A stretch of 64,000 bases of DNA from Bilabrum cf. latius (taxonomy: Eukaryota). Every line of letters starts with the position of its first letter. The stretch's first letter is position 1. The notes under the pieces were generated by a model. The model was given only the letters and a program-made list of their open reading frames with translations, was not told the DNA's origin and did no database searches. Positions 23,381 to 34,552 of this stretch are shown piece by piece. Location: positions 558,001-622,000 of the forward strand of contig OZ237747.1 in assembly GCA_965178125.1 (NCBI GenBank), written 5' to 3'. The position numbers were made by a program, and so were the translations under genes.

Positions 23381-23787
23381 GACGAACCCTTGCAGTAGGG
23401 AAACATGCTGCTAAACAGCCATGAGCTGAGGTGTTCGAACTAAATTAATCGTGACAATGTTTGCATTTGTACTCAGTATCTCCAACCATAATTAATCTTC
23501 AAAAGTCACGACGCTACGCTGGCTTCGCCGGGAATCATTCACACATATCACGTATCAAAAGTGCCAGTAGGAGCGATTCAATTGTTCAAATGCTAGATTA
23601 TTCTCAGTACGCCGTACGAATGGACATGAGGTATTCAACGGAGGTTCAACTTGAACGAAGTTCCGGGTACTACTGGCAGTTGCACTTGGGCTATTGTAGC
23701 CAAAAAACGGAAGCAGGCAGCGTTAAACAGATCTAAGCTATTGTATTTCAGAATTAAATACTAGAGAGATTTTCACCCTGGACTGGA

Positions 23788-25384
23788 ATGGCGTCAGTGT
23801 AGCTCAGTACCTCTAGTGGAGCCATGGGTTCAGACACTGACATCAAGGTATGCAGACACTGCGTTGCAGTTGATGGAAGCGCAGTACACGTGAATTAATT
23901 ATGATAATGTTTCAACTTAGGTGTTGGCTGATGCTGCAGGCTAGGGTGCTTCACGATCAATATGTCCATTACGCGCAGAAATTCGTATTTGGCACCCGTG
24001 AAGCTGGTAGCGCAAGCAAAGACGCAAAGAAGGAGACTATCCATGCTTTTTTGCTATCGTAAGTTCACAGAGTTTTGGGTTGTCGTGGGGTCTTGATTTC
24101 CTGGCGCCTCGCGTATCTTAGAGTGACAAAGTGGTAGCTCTACTTTTTGTGGGTAGGATCTCCAATGTGCGCAGGAACTCCAAAGGATTGTCAGCAACTG
24201 TTCTGGAGCTTGGCGTGTGCATCATTTCCGTTCGCTGCCCCAGCGCGGACGGGCCAGCGGAGGAAATCACCGTGCACGACCGTTCTTCGCTGGACTCGGT
24301 CGTAAGCGCTGCTAAAGGCACGTACAAGGGCATGACGATCGGAAGGTTTGCGAACCGCATATGCAAGGGGGAGTGCGAGCTGGACGGCGAGGAGCTGGAG
24401 CTGGCCACGAACAACGGCCCGAACCACCTGCACGGGGGCGACGACGGCTTCGACCAGCGGCGCTGGGAGGGCGAGATCGTGGAGAAGGACGGCATCAAGC
24501 AGGTCAAGTTCTCGCTCACCTCTCCTGATGGCGACCAAGGCTACCCCGGCGAGCTGGAGGCAACGTGTCGGGTGTGGCTCAACGACATGAACCACCTCGG
24601 GTGGACGTACGAGGCGCGGACCAGCAAGCCGACGTTCGTGAACCTGACGAATCACACGTACTGGAACCTGAGCGGGGACGGGAAGGAGGAGACGGTGTGC
24701 GGACATACCCTCAAGACGGGCTGCGAGGCCTTCTTGGAGCAGGATGACACGTGCATTCCCATAGGGGAGACAGTTGGGCTTCGTGCGCACCCGCTGCTTG
24801 GGGGATGCTATCAGGGCCAACCAAGACAAGAAAGCGCAGCTGCTACGGATAGCATAGCTACAGCCGGGGGTGAAAGGGCAGATGATAGAGCAATGGAGGC
24901 TGTGGGTAACAGCAAAGTGATCACAGAATCAGCTGGTAGTGCTAGCGATGCAGCAGGTGGTGGTGCACCGACAGATGACCTTGATGGTGATGGTGATGAT
25001 GGTGATGGTGAGTTTGGCGGGGGGCTCATGCTCTCCGCGGAGCTTCTCACCAAGATCGGCGATAAGAGCGGAGGCAGGAACGGCCTGAACCACTGCTTCG
25101 TCAGGAGCGACAAACCGGAAGTAGCGGCTAGGCACGTGGGCGGGCACCCGGCTTTCATCGCCACCCTGGGGCACCCCAAGTCCGGCAGGCAGATGCACGT
25201 CGACACCACCGAGCCAGGCGTGCAGGTCTACACTGGCAACTGGCTAGAGCCCGTGCAGTGGGCCGGCGTGTGCCTGGAGACCCAGCACTACCCCGACAGC
25301 CCGAACCGGCCCGATTTTCCCTCCACCGTGCTGATGCCCGGTCAGGTGTACTCGCACACGACCGTCCACAAGTTCGAGTGGTGA
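23788..25384 (+). CDS. GALM: Aldose 1-epimerase copy 2, lacking a presequence
   Basis: N-terminus MASV*LSTSSGAMGSDTDIK (TAG at 23800; alternative ATG at 23824). Introns 23848-23978 and 24059-24174 are at the same positions as in copy 1. Same motifs except GLNHCF. TGA stop. Confidence 0.92.
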
Positions 25385-25595
25385 GCCACTGGTGAGCGTG
25401 CTGTGCGTGACGAGGTGAGCGGGCGCTAAACGTGCGCTTGCATGCTTTGCCTACAGTTCAGTTAGTGCGCAACAGTAATTAACTCCAAGATAGATTCTGT
25501 GTGCCCCGAACACATTGAGTGGCGCTATATCCTGGATACGGCAGTGAACCGCGAGTGTGGAGCAGAGTTGCATGTGCAATGTGATGTCAACCCAG

Positions 25596-27748
25596 TCACG
25601 AAGATGACTCGGAGTCCACGAGGTCAGGCTCGCCCCCCCTGGCAAAGGCAGCCAGGCGAACTGCCACGTCCTCGGGGTCGCTGCCGGAGTAACGACCCAC
25701 CTCCTTGCCAGCATCATAGAAAATAAATGCCGGGATCTGCTTCACCGAAGACGCCTGCTTCTCTTGTTGCATGCGGTCCGCGTCTGCAAGGTAGAACCGA
25801 ATCGGGGCAAGTGCACTGCCGTCGGCGCCTGATGCGGGAGAGCCATCGCTGCTGCTGTCTCCTTTGTGCTCCTCTGCGATCATTTCGGAGCCCTTGGTGT
25901 AGGCAGGCAAGGCTCGCTTGCAGTACTTGCACCAAGAGGCCGCCCACATGATCACGCAGCGGCCCTCTGCCGCTACCGCCTCGGAGAGGGTTGGTGCATC
26001 CGATTCAGCCGTTGACTTGGAGGCCTCCGATTCTTCCTGAGGCCGTAGCAACCGAGCCTTCCCCGCCGTGGGCGGCAGAGGAGCCCCTTCTCCCTCCAGC
26101 GAGGGAGGCTTGTACCCGTCCCCACCGAGCGAGGCCCTCTCCTCCCAGTCGATGTAGTCGTCACCAGGCTTCAGGGAACACAAGTCGTAGAAACCGTCCT
26201 CGTTTACGAAGCAGATCTCGTACCCGTCCGGGTCGGCCAGGATGGTCACCACCACGTCAGCCTTGCCGGGCGTGGTCAGAGTGATCGGATCGTTGATGAC
26301 CCGGCCTCCAGTCTCTGCCTCCGCACCCTTAACTGCTTCCCAAATCTTCGTAGGGCCCTCCCTGGTCGCAAACGCAATGCGACCGAAAGCTGTTCCGTGC
26401 TGGACCTCCTCGCCCGTCTCCACTAGCTGCAGCGCAGGCACGCCGAGCTGGGATCGACCCGGACCCGGTGCACCATCCCCGTCACGACTGCCGGTGCTAC
26501 CGTCCAAATAGGCCAGGCACGCGCTCCGAAAGGTCCCTTCCGCCGAGCCAGCCCCGGATCTTGGCTCCATGCCGGCGGTCGTGAGTGCGGCCCTGGCTGC
26601 CGCAGCGCCTGCTGACCGAGCAGCGGCCTGAGCAGATGCTCGGCCCGTGCTCGCCCCCCTGTGGCCTCCCTCTGCCCCTGGAACGGCGGCAATGTCGACC
26701 TTCTGCATACCTAGAAGGTCCTTCCAGTATCTTAGCGATTTTGCGAGGTCTTTTACGCTGAGGCAAACGGCAAGGAACGGGTCGATGTCGAGCACTTGCC
26801 CACCCTTGGTCTTATCGTTCTCCTTCCCATCTGCACAGTCACTTGCGGCAGCAGTAGCCCCGGAGGTGTCTGCTAACTTGTACTTGATCTTGTCAGGACC
26901 GATGATTGAATCTGCGGAGAGCAGGACGTGATCTGGGATTGATGCCAGGCCTTGTTCGGTTCCTGCGTCTGGAATGCTAGCGGCTGAAGCAGCCACCTTG
27001 CCTAGCGTGTCCTCATCTGATTTCTGGCCCCTATCGGAGTCACTACCTGTTTTGGGCGGCTGTGGTTCCCCTGATGGATCGCATCCGTCACCACCTCTAC
27101 CACTTGTGCAGTCCAACGGGGGTCTGCAAGGATGCGCGGCAGCTGACTTGCCGCTGATCTTGCTTCCATCCACGGCTAAAACTGTCCACCCTTGCTCCAA
27201 AGCTTTCTTCACCTGTCGAGATCTACGAAACGGAGCGAATCTTGGGCCGGCGATGTCGCTGCGAACTACGATCTGGCGTAAATCGTCCTGCTTGTCGTAC
27301 TCGTGCACTCCATAGTTTGCCGTCAGCTCTAGAGCAAAGTTTTTATGCTCAGGCCCATACCCTACCATAGTTTTAGACCATCTACCACCGTACGGACCAT
27401 TGCACCTGCATTGTACGGCATACAGCTTGTCTGGTAGGCAACGATGCAATATAGCGACGATCTGCAAGTGGCGACGTGTCCCATTCCCAAAATAGCACTG
27501 AATTCATCTCACGTTGCTTCGCAGCCACTGTCAAATTCTTCGTGTCGCAAGACCCGCATCCCAAAGACCTGCTCGAGAATAAACCATGCAGCTTGGCGGA
27601 AGATGCAAGTTGACGTGGCGCGGCATTCAGAGATCCAACACTTGTTTGGACGGCTCACTTGCGTCATGAAGTCAATGGACCGCCTCAAATTCCCTACTTT
27701 CATTACCCAATGCAAAGATCTTCGCACATCTTTGCCTACTGCTGCCAT
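25596..27748 (-). CDS. GLOD4: Glyoxalase domain-containing 4 (GLOD4)-like protein fused to a C-terminal thioredoxin domain
   Basis: [80 protein letters not shown], then WAASWCKYCK...IPAFIFYDAGKEVGRYSG. Introns 27569-27658 and 27406-27512. TGA stop. Confidence 0.9.
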
Positions 27749-28062
27749 ACCAACGTCGGAATGCTGGCTTCGGAACGGTCGGAGTAGTGTTATCGTGCAG
27801 TGCAGCCAGAAGAAGCCGACACAAAACTTCATACGCCGGCGGTGTAGTGCAAAGTGGTCGTGGGGTGTGCGTGGTTGTGTTGCGCATTCGGCATAGCGGT
27901 GTAATGGCTGCAATGACGTCCAAGCAAATTGACTTGCGCAGCTGGCAGCAGCAGCTTGCAGTCAGAAGCATCACACGTATACACTCCCTGATAGTTCCAC
28001 TGTACCGGGCATACTATCGACTTGTGACAACGCATGGGAACCAGGCAGGACCGTCCTCATCC

Positions 28063-31000
28063 TTACTACGGGCACTGCATGCTGTAGGATGTGCGGTCAG
28101 GACACATGGGATGAAAGCTACCACTGGCAGGCCCTGCTCCTCCCCCTGGCACTCCCGCCCCTTCATCCGTGCATGTCTAGTTGACCACCTGCGCGAGCCG
28201 CGCGACCGCTAGTCGGTTATCAAGGTGACAGGCCAGCGAGAGTTCACTGCTCGTTTCGGCAGCGTCCTCGATTACCAGGAGGTAGGAGTCAACCCCTGGC
28301 ACGGGGGCCAGGAAATACGACCCCCGGAAGCACGTGGTCCTCACAGTTCCTGCCACCACCCCGCCAGCGGCTTGGATAGCAGTCGGTAGAAACTCAAGAG
28401 ATCGGACCTGCTGCACGCATCCGAACGTGTTGTCGAATGGATCAAAGTCACCGCGCGTGCGAGCAAACGTATCGGCTTCTGCTGCAGTCTACGTGATTCC
28501 ATCCAGCGTCACCGGGACTCTGTCTTGATCACGAGTCACGCTGCAGCTGCCCTGGTAGTCAATGGAATCGACCCGCCTCGCGTACCCGTGGCGCAAGAGG
28601 TCCAGCATCACTGGACCCGCCCTTTCGCCTAGACTCACGCTGGAGTAGTCTGCCTCAGCGGCGGCTTTAAAGTCTACAAACCCCGGGTCCAGCTGCAGCA
28701 GCCCAGCACTGTCCACCAGGAAACACCTAGTCTCACAGAAGAAATCCCCGTCCAGCCATCCCTCGGGGCAATCGTAGGTTTGGTAGCAACCCCTGTCCCC
28801 AATGGCATGACTGTCGGCCCACTTGAACATGGTCTGGGAGAGCATCGTTTGGAAGTCCTTGTAGATGAAATCGATCCCAGCTACGCCTTCCAGCTCTGTG
28901 GAAGAGCAGTGGCCTCCGTAGCACCTGCCGGACACGCACTATGCGCCAGAGGTGCAGGCGATTAGAGAGCCATTGTCTCTCCCCGCAAATACTGGGGATG
29001 CCAGCGTGCTGATTCTGTGGCCGGATGCGGCGTCCAGATACGGGGTAGTGAGTCCCAGCCTCCCTTGGCTGGCCAGTCCACGGCGGTACCAGGGCCTCGC
29101 CATTGGATCAAACGCATGCGGCATGCGGGTGCCGGGATAGATCCGGAACACTCCCTGAACTGTCGAAGTGTGCCGCCAAATGACATCACTCAAAGTACCG
29201 TCCAGTGTTGCCGCTGCGATCCACGCAGGCTCAACTGCATGGGTCAGAGCCACGTCAGGGCGCACCTGCTTCTACGTGCGAAAGTCAGCACTATCGGTGT
29301 CCACGCTGGCGCCAGGAACCTCTGCAGATGCGTTTGCCAAGCTGCATCCTGCATTTGGGTACTGGCTAGTAGTGCCTGCGTAGCTTGCTCGCATAAAGGC
29401 ATCGATGTAGGTGAAAGAACGGTCTGCAGTCACGTCCACAATGTACTCCTCTGCCTTACAGAAGGCAGAAGGTGCCAGCTTGTACGCGGAGTGCCGAGTG
29501 CTTATCTACATACTGGGGTAGAGCCTGTCGTCCCTGCCCTTAGTCTCAATGTGCAAATCATCGATTCGTGCCTGTGGAATGCGGCTGGAAGGATCTTGGT
29601 ACTTGTCGAGTCGGTGGTAAAACTCATCACCAGCTTGTGCCACCCTCCCGGCGTTGCCGTCCCCTGTGCCCACTGCCACGCGAAACTGCCCGTCTTCAGG
29701 GCCAAACACGTACGCGAAGGAAAAATCAGTGCCTGGAATGTTGCTGAAATAGTAAGTCTAGTCGCGTTCAACCACCGTGTTTCCATCCAGCTTGTCGCCC
29801 TTCGGAAGCCTCCTCTTCATGTTCGGGATGGTAACTTGGCCCGTGCTGCCAGTGAGCATGGGTGCTCTGACCTGCCGCATGAAGGCGTCGAACTGAACGG
29901 TGCCTGGTGTTGCCTCTAGCTATGCCACGTCGGGGTAGATCGGATCCGACCTAAGCTGGCTAGAGGGCCGCAGCAGAGGATGGACAATCGCGCGGCCTTC
30001 GCCGTTGATCAAGAAGGCATAGACCGTGCCCCACTTCTGACTCATGAGAGTGTTTTCCGCCTCTTGCAAGGTGGCATCAATGCCCACGATGCCCTGAAAC
30101 TCCTTTCCGATGTATACGGGCGCAGAGGCAGTCATGATGAGGCCAAGCCCGGAGGTGTCGATGTACGGGCGGCTCAGAATCGCCGTGCCACCTTCGATCG
30201 ATTCGCGCAGGTAGTCGAAGTACGGCCTCAACGCATCAAACACCGTGTTTCCAGACCACAGAGGAAGGACTTGTCCATGCGTGTCGCAAGCACCATCAGA
30301 AATCACGGTAGGTCCGCTGGGCCCCTGCAGATTGATAGCGAAGACGCGATGGCCCATCGATCCCACCTATCGCGCCACGTCTCTCATCTACTCGGCATCG
30401 AGGCCGGCATTCTTGCTTGAGTAGTAGTCGATGCACACCTCGTGCTCGTAGCACGTTTGGTTACCATCTGCGTTAGTGTAGCAAGTCTGCTCCATGTGGC
30501 AGTCTGTGTGCGAGTACGCCTGCACGCTGTTCGTATCGAGGTTGTCCGAATCGGTGATGAGCACCACGAGCGTGTCGCAAGCTCGAGTGCTGCCAAGGAG
30601 CAGCCTTTGAGTGAGATCGATTGCCTATGTCCAGTCCTGCTTCCCGTCGAAGATGCTTGGATTCAGCTTGTCCAACACTTGCTTCTTGTTCGCAGGAGTA
30701 GCAAACTGCACCGTATCTCCGCCGCACCCCAGTGCTCTAGTGCGCTTGGACCTGAATGAGATCTGCGACGACGTGCACACAGGACGGCCACATGATGCAT
30801 AGTGATAGGAGCCTTTCATGCACACCACATTAAATCTATCTTGCGGCGTGAGTGAATCAATGACAGCACGAGCTGCATCGAGCGCGGGTCCGCTCCTCCG
30901 GCTCATGCGCATGCTTGTGGTGCAGTCCATTAGAATTACCACATCTTTCTGCGACGAAGATGAACCGACGTACCACGGTCTTGTCAGCGGGTTGTAATCC

Positions 31001-33435
31001 TCCGTGAAACCAAAGTAGTTTCGCGCCCGGCGGCGGCCAGGCATAGACCGGAAAGTCCCCGTTCGGTGTCCCAAGTACGCCCAGCGCACGGCAGGGTCGG
31101 CCATGTGTGGGGCGTAAAGCTCTTCATCAAGGCTATTTGTTGCCCACGCAGCAGCCAAAGCCCCGGTCGAGGGGTTTGTGGCCGCCTGACTATTGGGGTC
31201 ACGATCAGCAAAGCTGGGGATCTTGACGGTCGAGTGGTCGAAGCTCACCCGCCGCTGATAGCGAGCGTCGAACCGCTCCCCGGGTACCTCTAGAACGATG
31301 TCGGTGTCGTAGAACGAAGGCCTTGCTACCATATTTTCCCGGGCAGTCGCCTACAACTTTGTGGCAACATCGGCTGCAAGCGACTGTACTAGCTAGATCT
31401 TGCCGTGAAAGAAGGTGGCAAGGCTGTCACGCACGGACTCGACCAGCTGGGTGCCGTTCCGCAGCTCAGTGGTGTAATTGGCAGCATCGTATATTGCCTA
31501 CACTTCGTCACGGCAAAGCTACGTGTCTGCAACAGAGTTCAACTTGTTGCTGATCGCTGATGCCAAATCTCTGGAAAGGGCAGGTGTAAATGACGTGGCA
31601 CTGGCATTACCCATCACACTGCACGCCACGACAGCAGCAATGACCACTGGCAATGCATGCCTCGACCAACCACTCAAACGGAGACCAAATGCACCAGACT
31701 ACGGTTCATAGGCACAGCCAAAGCTGGAAGCGGCAAAGAAGCCTGCGACCAGTATCGCAAAGCCACAGCTGACACTCCGCGCGATCTAGCGCGAGCCATT
31801 GGCGCTAGGCACGTTTCCTGAGAATACCCGGTGGTTAGCTTCCACCCCAAAGCATGTGGCCTTAGCACGCGCTTCTAGATCATTCGTGTTGCCATACCCC
31901 GACAAAGGTGGCTCATCGTGGACAGTGACAGGGGAGAAACCCATGGCCTGGCACAATGCGGTGCCGTTGCCGAACTGCGCTGTCACTGTGTCTTCCAGCG
32001 GGCCTGGCACCACAGCATTCTCGCACGCGCGATACATAACGTTGCAGTACCCCTCGCACACGCGCACCTGCTGCTGCTCGACCTCATGCCCAAGGAAGAA
32101 ATCGGCCTGCCTGGAGGAGCAAGGGGAGCAGGTTAGGTAGCTAAACGCAGCGGCGCAGTCCCGACCTGCTTGCAGCAGGCGCGGCGGGGCCTCGGTCATG
32201 GCCACCACTTCCGGGTTAGTGCAGCATGTGTTGTCTTGGAACAATCCACAGCCGCTGAGCTGGTAATTTGGAGCGGACACCCTGCCTCCACCGATGTAAG
32301 GACACGCGCGGCTCGACAGCTACCGACCTCGTGCGTCTGCTGCTGCGGCGAGCTACCCAACCTGCAGTGTTTGCTCCTGCACGGCCCCAACCGGCGGTTC
32401 GTACGCCTCCAATTTGCACTAGCCGTGATATGTGTGTGAGCTAGCTGAGACTTGAGGGGTACAGAGTGCGAGAAACACAACTGTAATTCCAGCGGCAACG
32501 GTAGCTTGGGGGCCTCCGGCGGAGTGTGGCGCTGACGACGACTGGCCCAGAAAGGCCCCCCTAGCAGCTGAGGCAAGCAGTCCTGCAGTGACAGCTGCAA
32601 AACCAGCGACTACACAGAATGAAGAACGCTGGTGCGTCGCGCGATGTGCGGATGAGTCGTCACGATGGTGTGGGAACAGCTCGTCGCCGGGCCTGACACC
32701 AAAGCACCCATACCGCTCGCCGGGGGTGCCCTCAGGATCGCCACCGGCTCCGGATGAGTCATCCACCACGGTGTATCCCTGTAGAGTACACATCAAGGAA
32801 CCAGACCCGAAAGAATCGCGCAGCGTCTTTCCCTTCCAGTCCGCGTTGCCGCAGACGTCAAACAGTGTATCGCACATCGACTTGCAGACCGCGACCTGCC
32901 TTCTCCTGAGGTCGTAAAAGTACTGGCTGTCTGGAGAACAAGGCCAGCAGTACATGTAATTGAGAGCTCGGAGGCAGTCAGCGCTTCTAGTCTTCAGCTG
33001 CGCGCGAAGATACAGACATGGCAGTGGCGATGATCGATCCGGACATACCGATACTACACGCGAAACAGTGATCGCCCGACGGATTATATTTGTCATCAGG
33101 GAATTCACTCAGTTGGTAAGGGGTGCGTTCAGTTTCATCTTGAGGTGGTAGTATGATTTCATCGGAGTGAAGGTGCGAGAATGGGCCGGAACTTCGCGGC
33201 TCACACTCACCGGTGACGAGCCGCTAGGCAAAAAGACTTGCATTTCAGTAGAACTACAGCAAGCGCTCGCGGAGTACCATTGTGAACAATTGCCTGACGC
33301 GAGCGGGGCCGGGGCTCTGTTGTTGAAGAATGGGCAAAACTAATCGTCCGCACTCTCTTCGTAGCTCAGCCAAAAGCCTTCAGATCGCGTTAAGAGTAGT
33401 TGAACAATAAGATGATACGCAGCACCGTGCCACAT
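28063..33435 (-). CDS. Secretory protein with two folate-receptor-like Cys-rich domains plus VWA and Cache domains (CACHD1/alpha2-delta-like), about 1719 aa
   Basis: Signal peptide MWHGAAYHLIVQLLLTRSEG and intron 32998-33210. One frame with 21 TAG codons. Motifs YNPLTRPWY, KDVVILMDCTTSM, SRPYIDTSGLGLIMTASAPV, FDPMARPWY, TTPYLDAASG. Ends TAG-TAA at 28068-28063. Confidence 0.85.
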
Positions 33436-33858
33436 AAGGTTTGATTCGGTGCTAATTCTGTTGGAAAAGGAAGCCGCCGTTTCTGTGCAGCAGTGCGCTG
33501 CATTTGCTGCGGTCGCACTCGGTTCTCTCTGCCAGTGGTCGCAGGGAGCGCTGCAGTAAATGCCCCGCCCGCAGCTGAATCTTGTCCTTGCCTTCCCTAC
33601 CAGCGGAAGTCTGATCGGTTTCATGGGTCAGTTTATAGGAATGGTGATCCAGCAGCATACCCACGTGCCCGTGCACATGCCGCGCCATCTGCATACAGCC
33701 AACCACGAAGTGCCTCCAACCTTGAACCTGCCCTTTTGGGCGAATCAAGCGGCGAGGTGGTCCACCAATTCGTGAATGTCTTCTTGTTTACGGTCTTTGC
33801 GGCCGGCTTGCTCTCATCCCGGAGTCATCCGATGCTGCCGTGCCCGCTGCTGCCTGAC

Positions 33859-34187
33859 ATCAGATCCCCCCAGACTGCACGCAGAGGGCAGTGCAGGTGG
33901 ACTTTGTCAGCCTGGCTGCAGGGGCAGCCGAAAATAACAACCTCGCCATGGCGGTTGCCAACGTCAAGGCAACACGGGGTACCGGCAGAACCACCAGTGG
34001 GCGCAGGAGGGAACGTGAACGCTGACGCTCTCCCTCCCGCGCCCACTGGTTGGAGCTCATGTGGTTTAGGCCATTGCAGCTGAAGTGTGAAGCCCAGTAG
34101 GTCCCGGGCCTTCGTTCCAGAAATAGTTTCGTGATAGCGTGTGCTTTTGAGTGGATTTTACAATTATCAGATCCCCCCAGACTGCAC
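33859..34187. repeat. 22-bp exact direct repeat ATCAGATCCCCCCAGACTGCAC at 33859-33880 and 34166-34187
   Basis: Read directly from the sequence; lies in the largest intergenic gap of the window. Confidence 0.85.
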
Positions 34188-34552
34188 TGCACGTGCCATT
34201 TCGTGGCTAGCCAACAACCAATACACATCTAGATAGCAGCTTCAATTGAGTGAGACCCGATGAAGACGCTGTGAACACGGTCAACAGTGACCAAATCCGC
34301 TGGCTTTGCCATTTGAATCAGCCTTATTTTGTAGTACCAGTCATCACCGCAGGGTGACACGTGCACAGGAGATCCGCCACTGTCGCTTTCCTGCCTTATA
34401 TAGGGAAAGATACGCATTTCTAAGCGTACTCTTGCATTTAAAACAACTTAATCCTGGCATTTAGCAGGGGATCGTCTGGGTTTGGGCCAACTTTGTAAGG
34501 TGGCGCGTGCCATCCCCAGAGCTCCTGCACTTGTCCACAACGCACGACTCGG

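Noticed and set aside
21750-25418. Terminal inverted repeats of a transposon or endogenous virophage
   Set aside because: The inverted arms are GALM coding sequence. There is no transposase, integrase, capsid gene or AT-rich insert between them.
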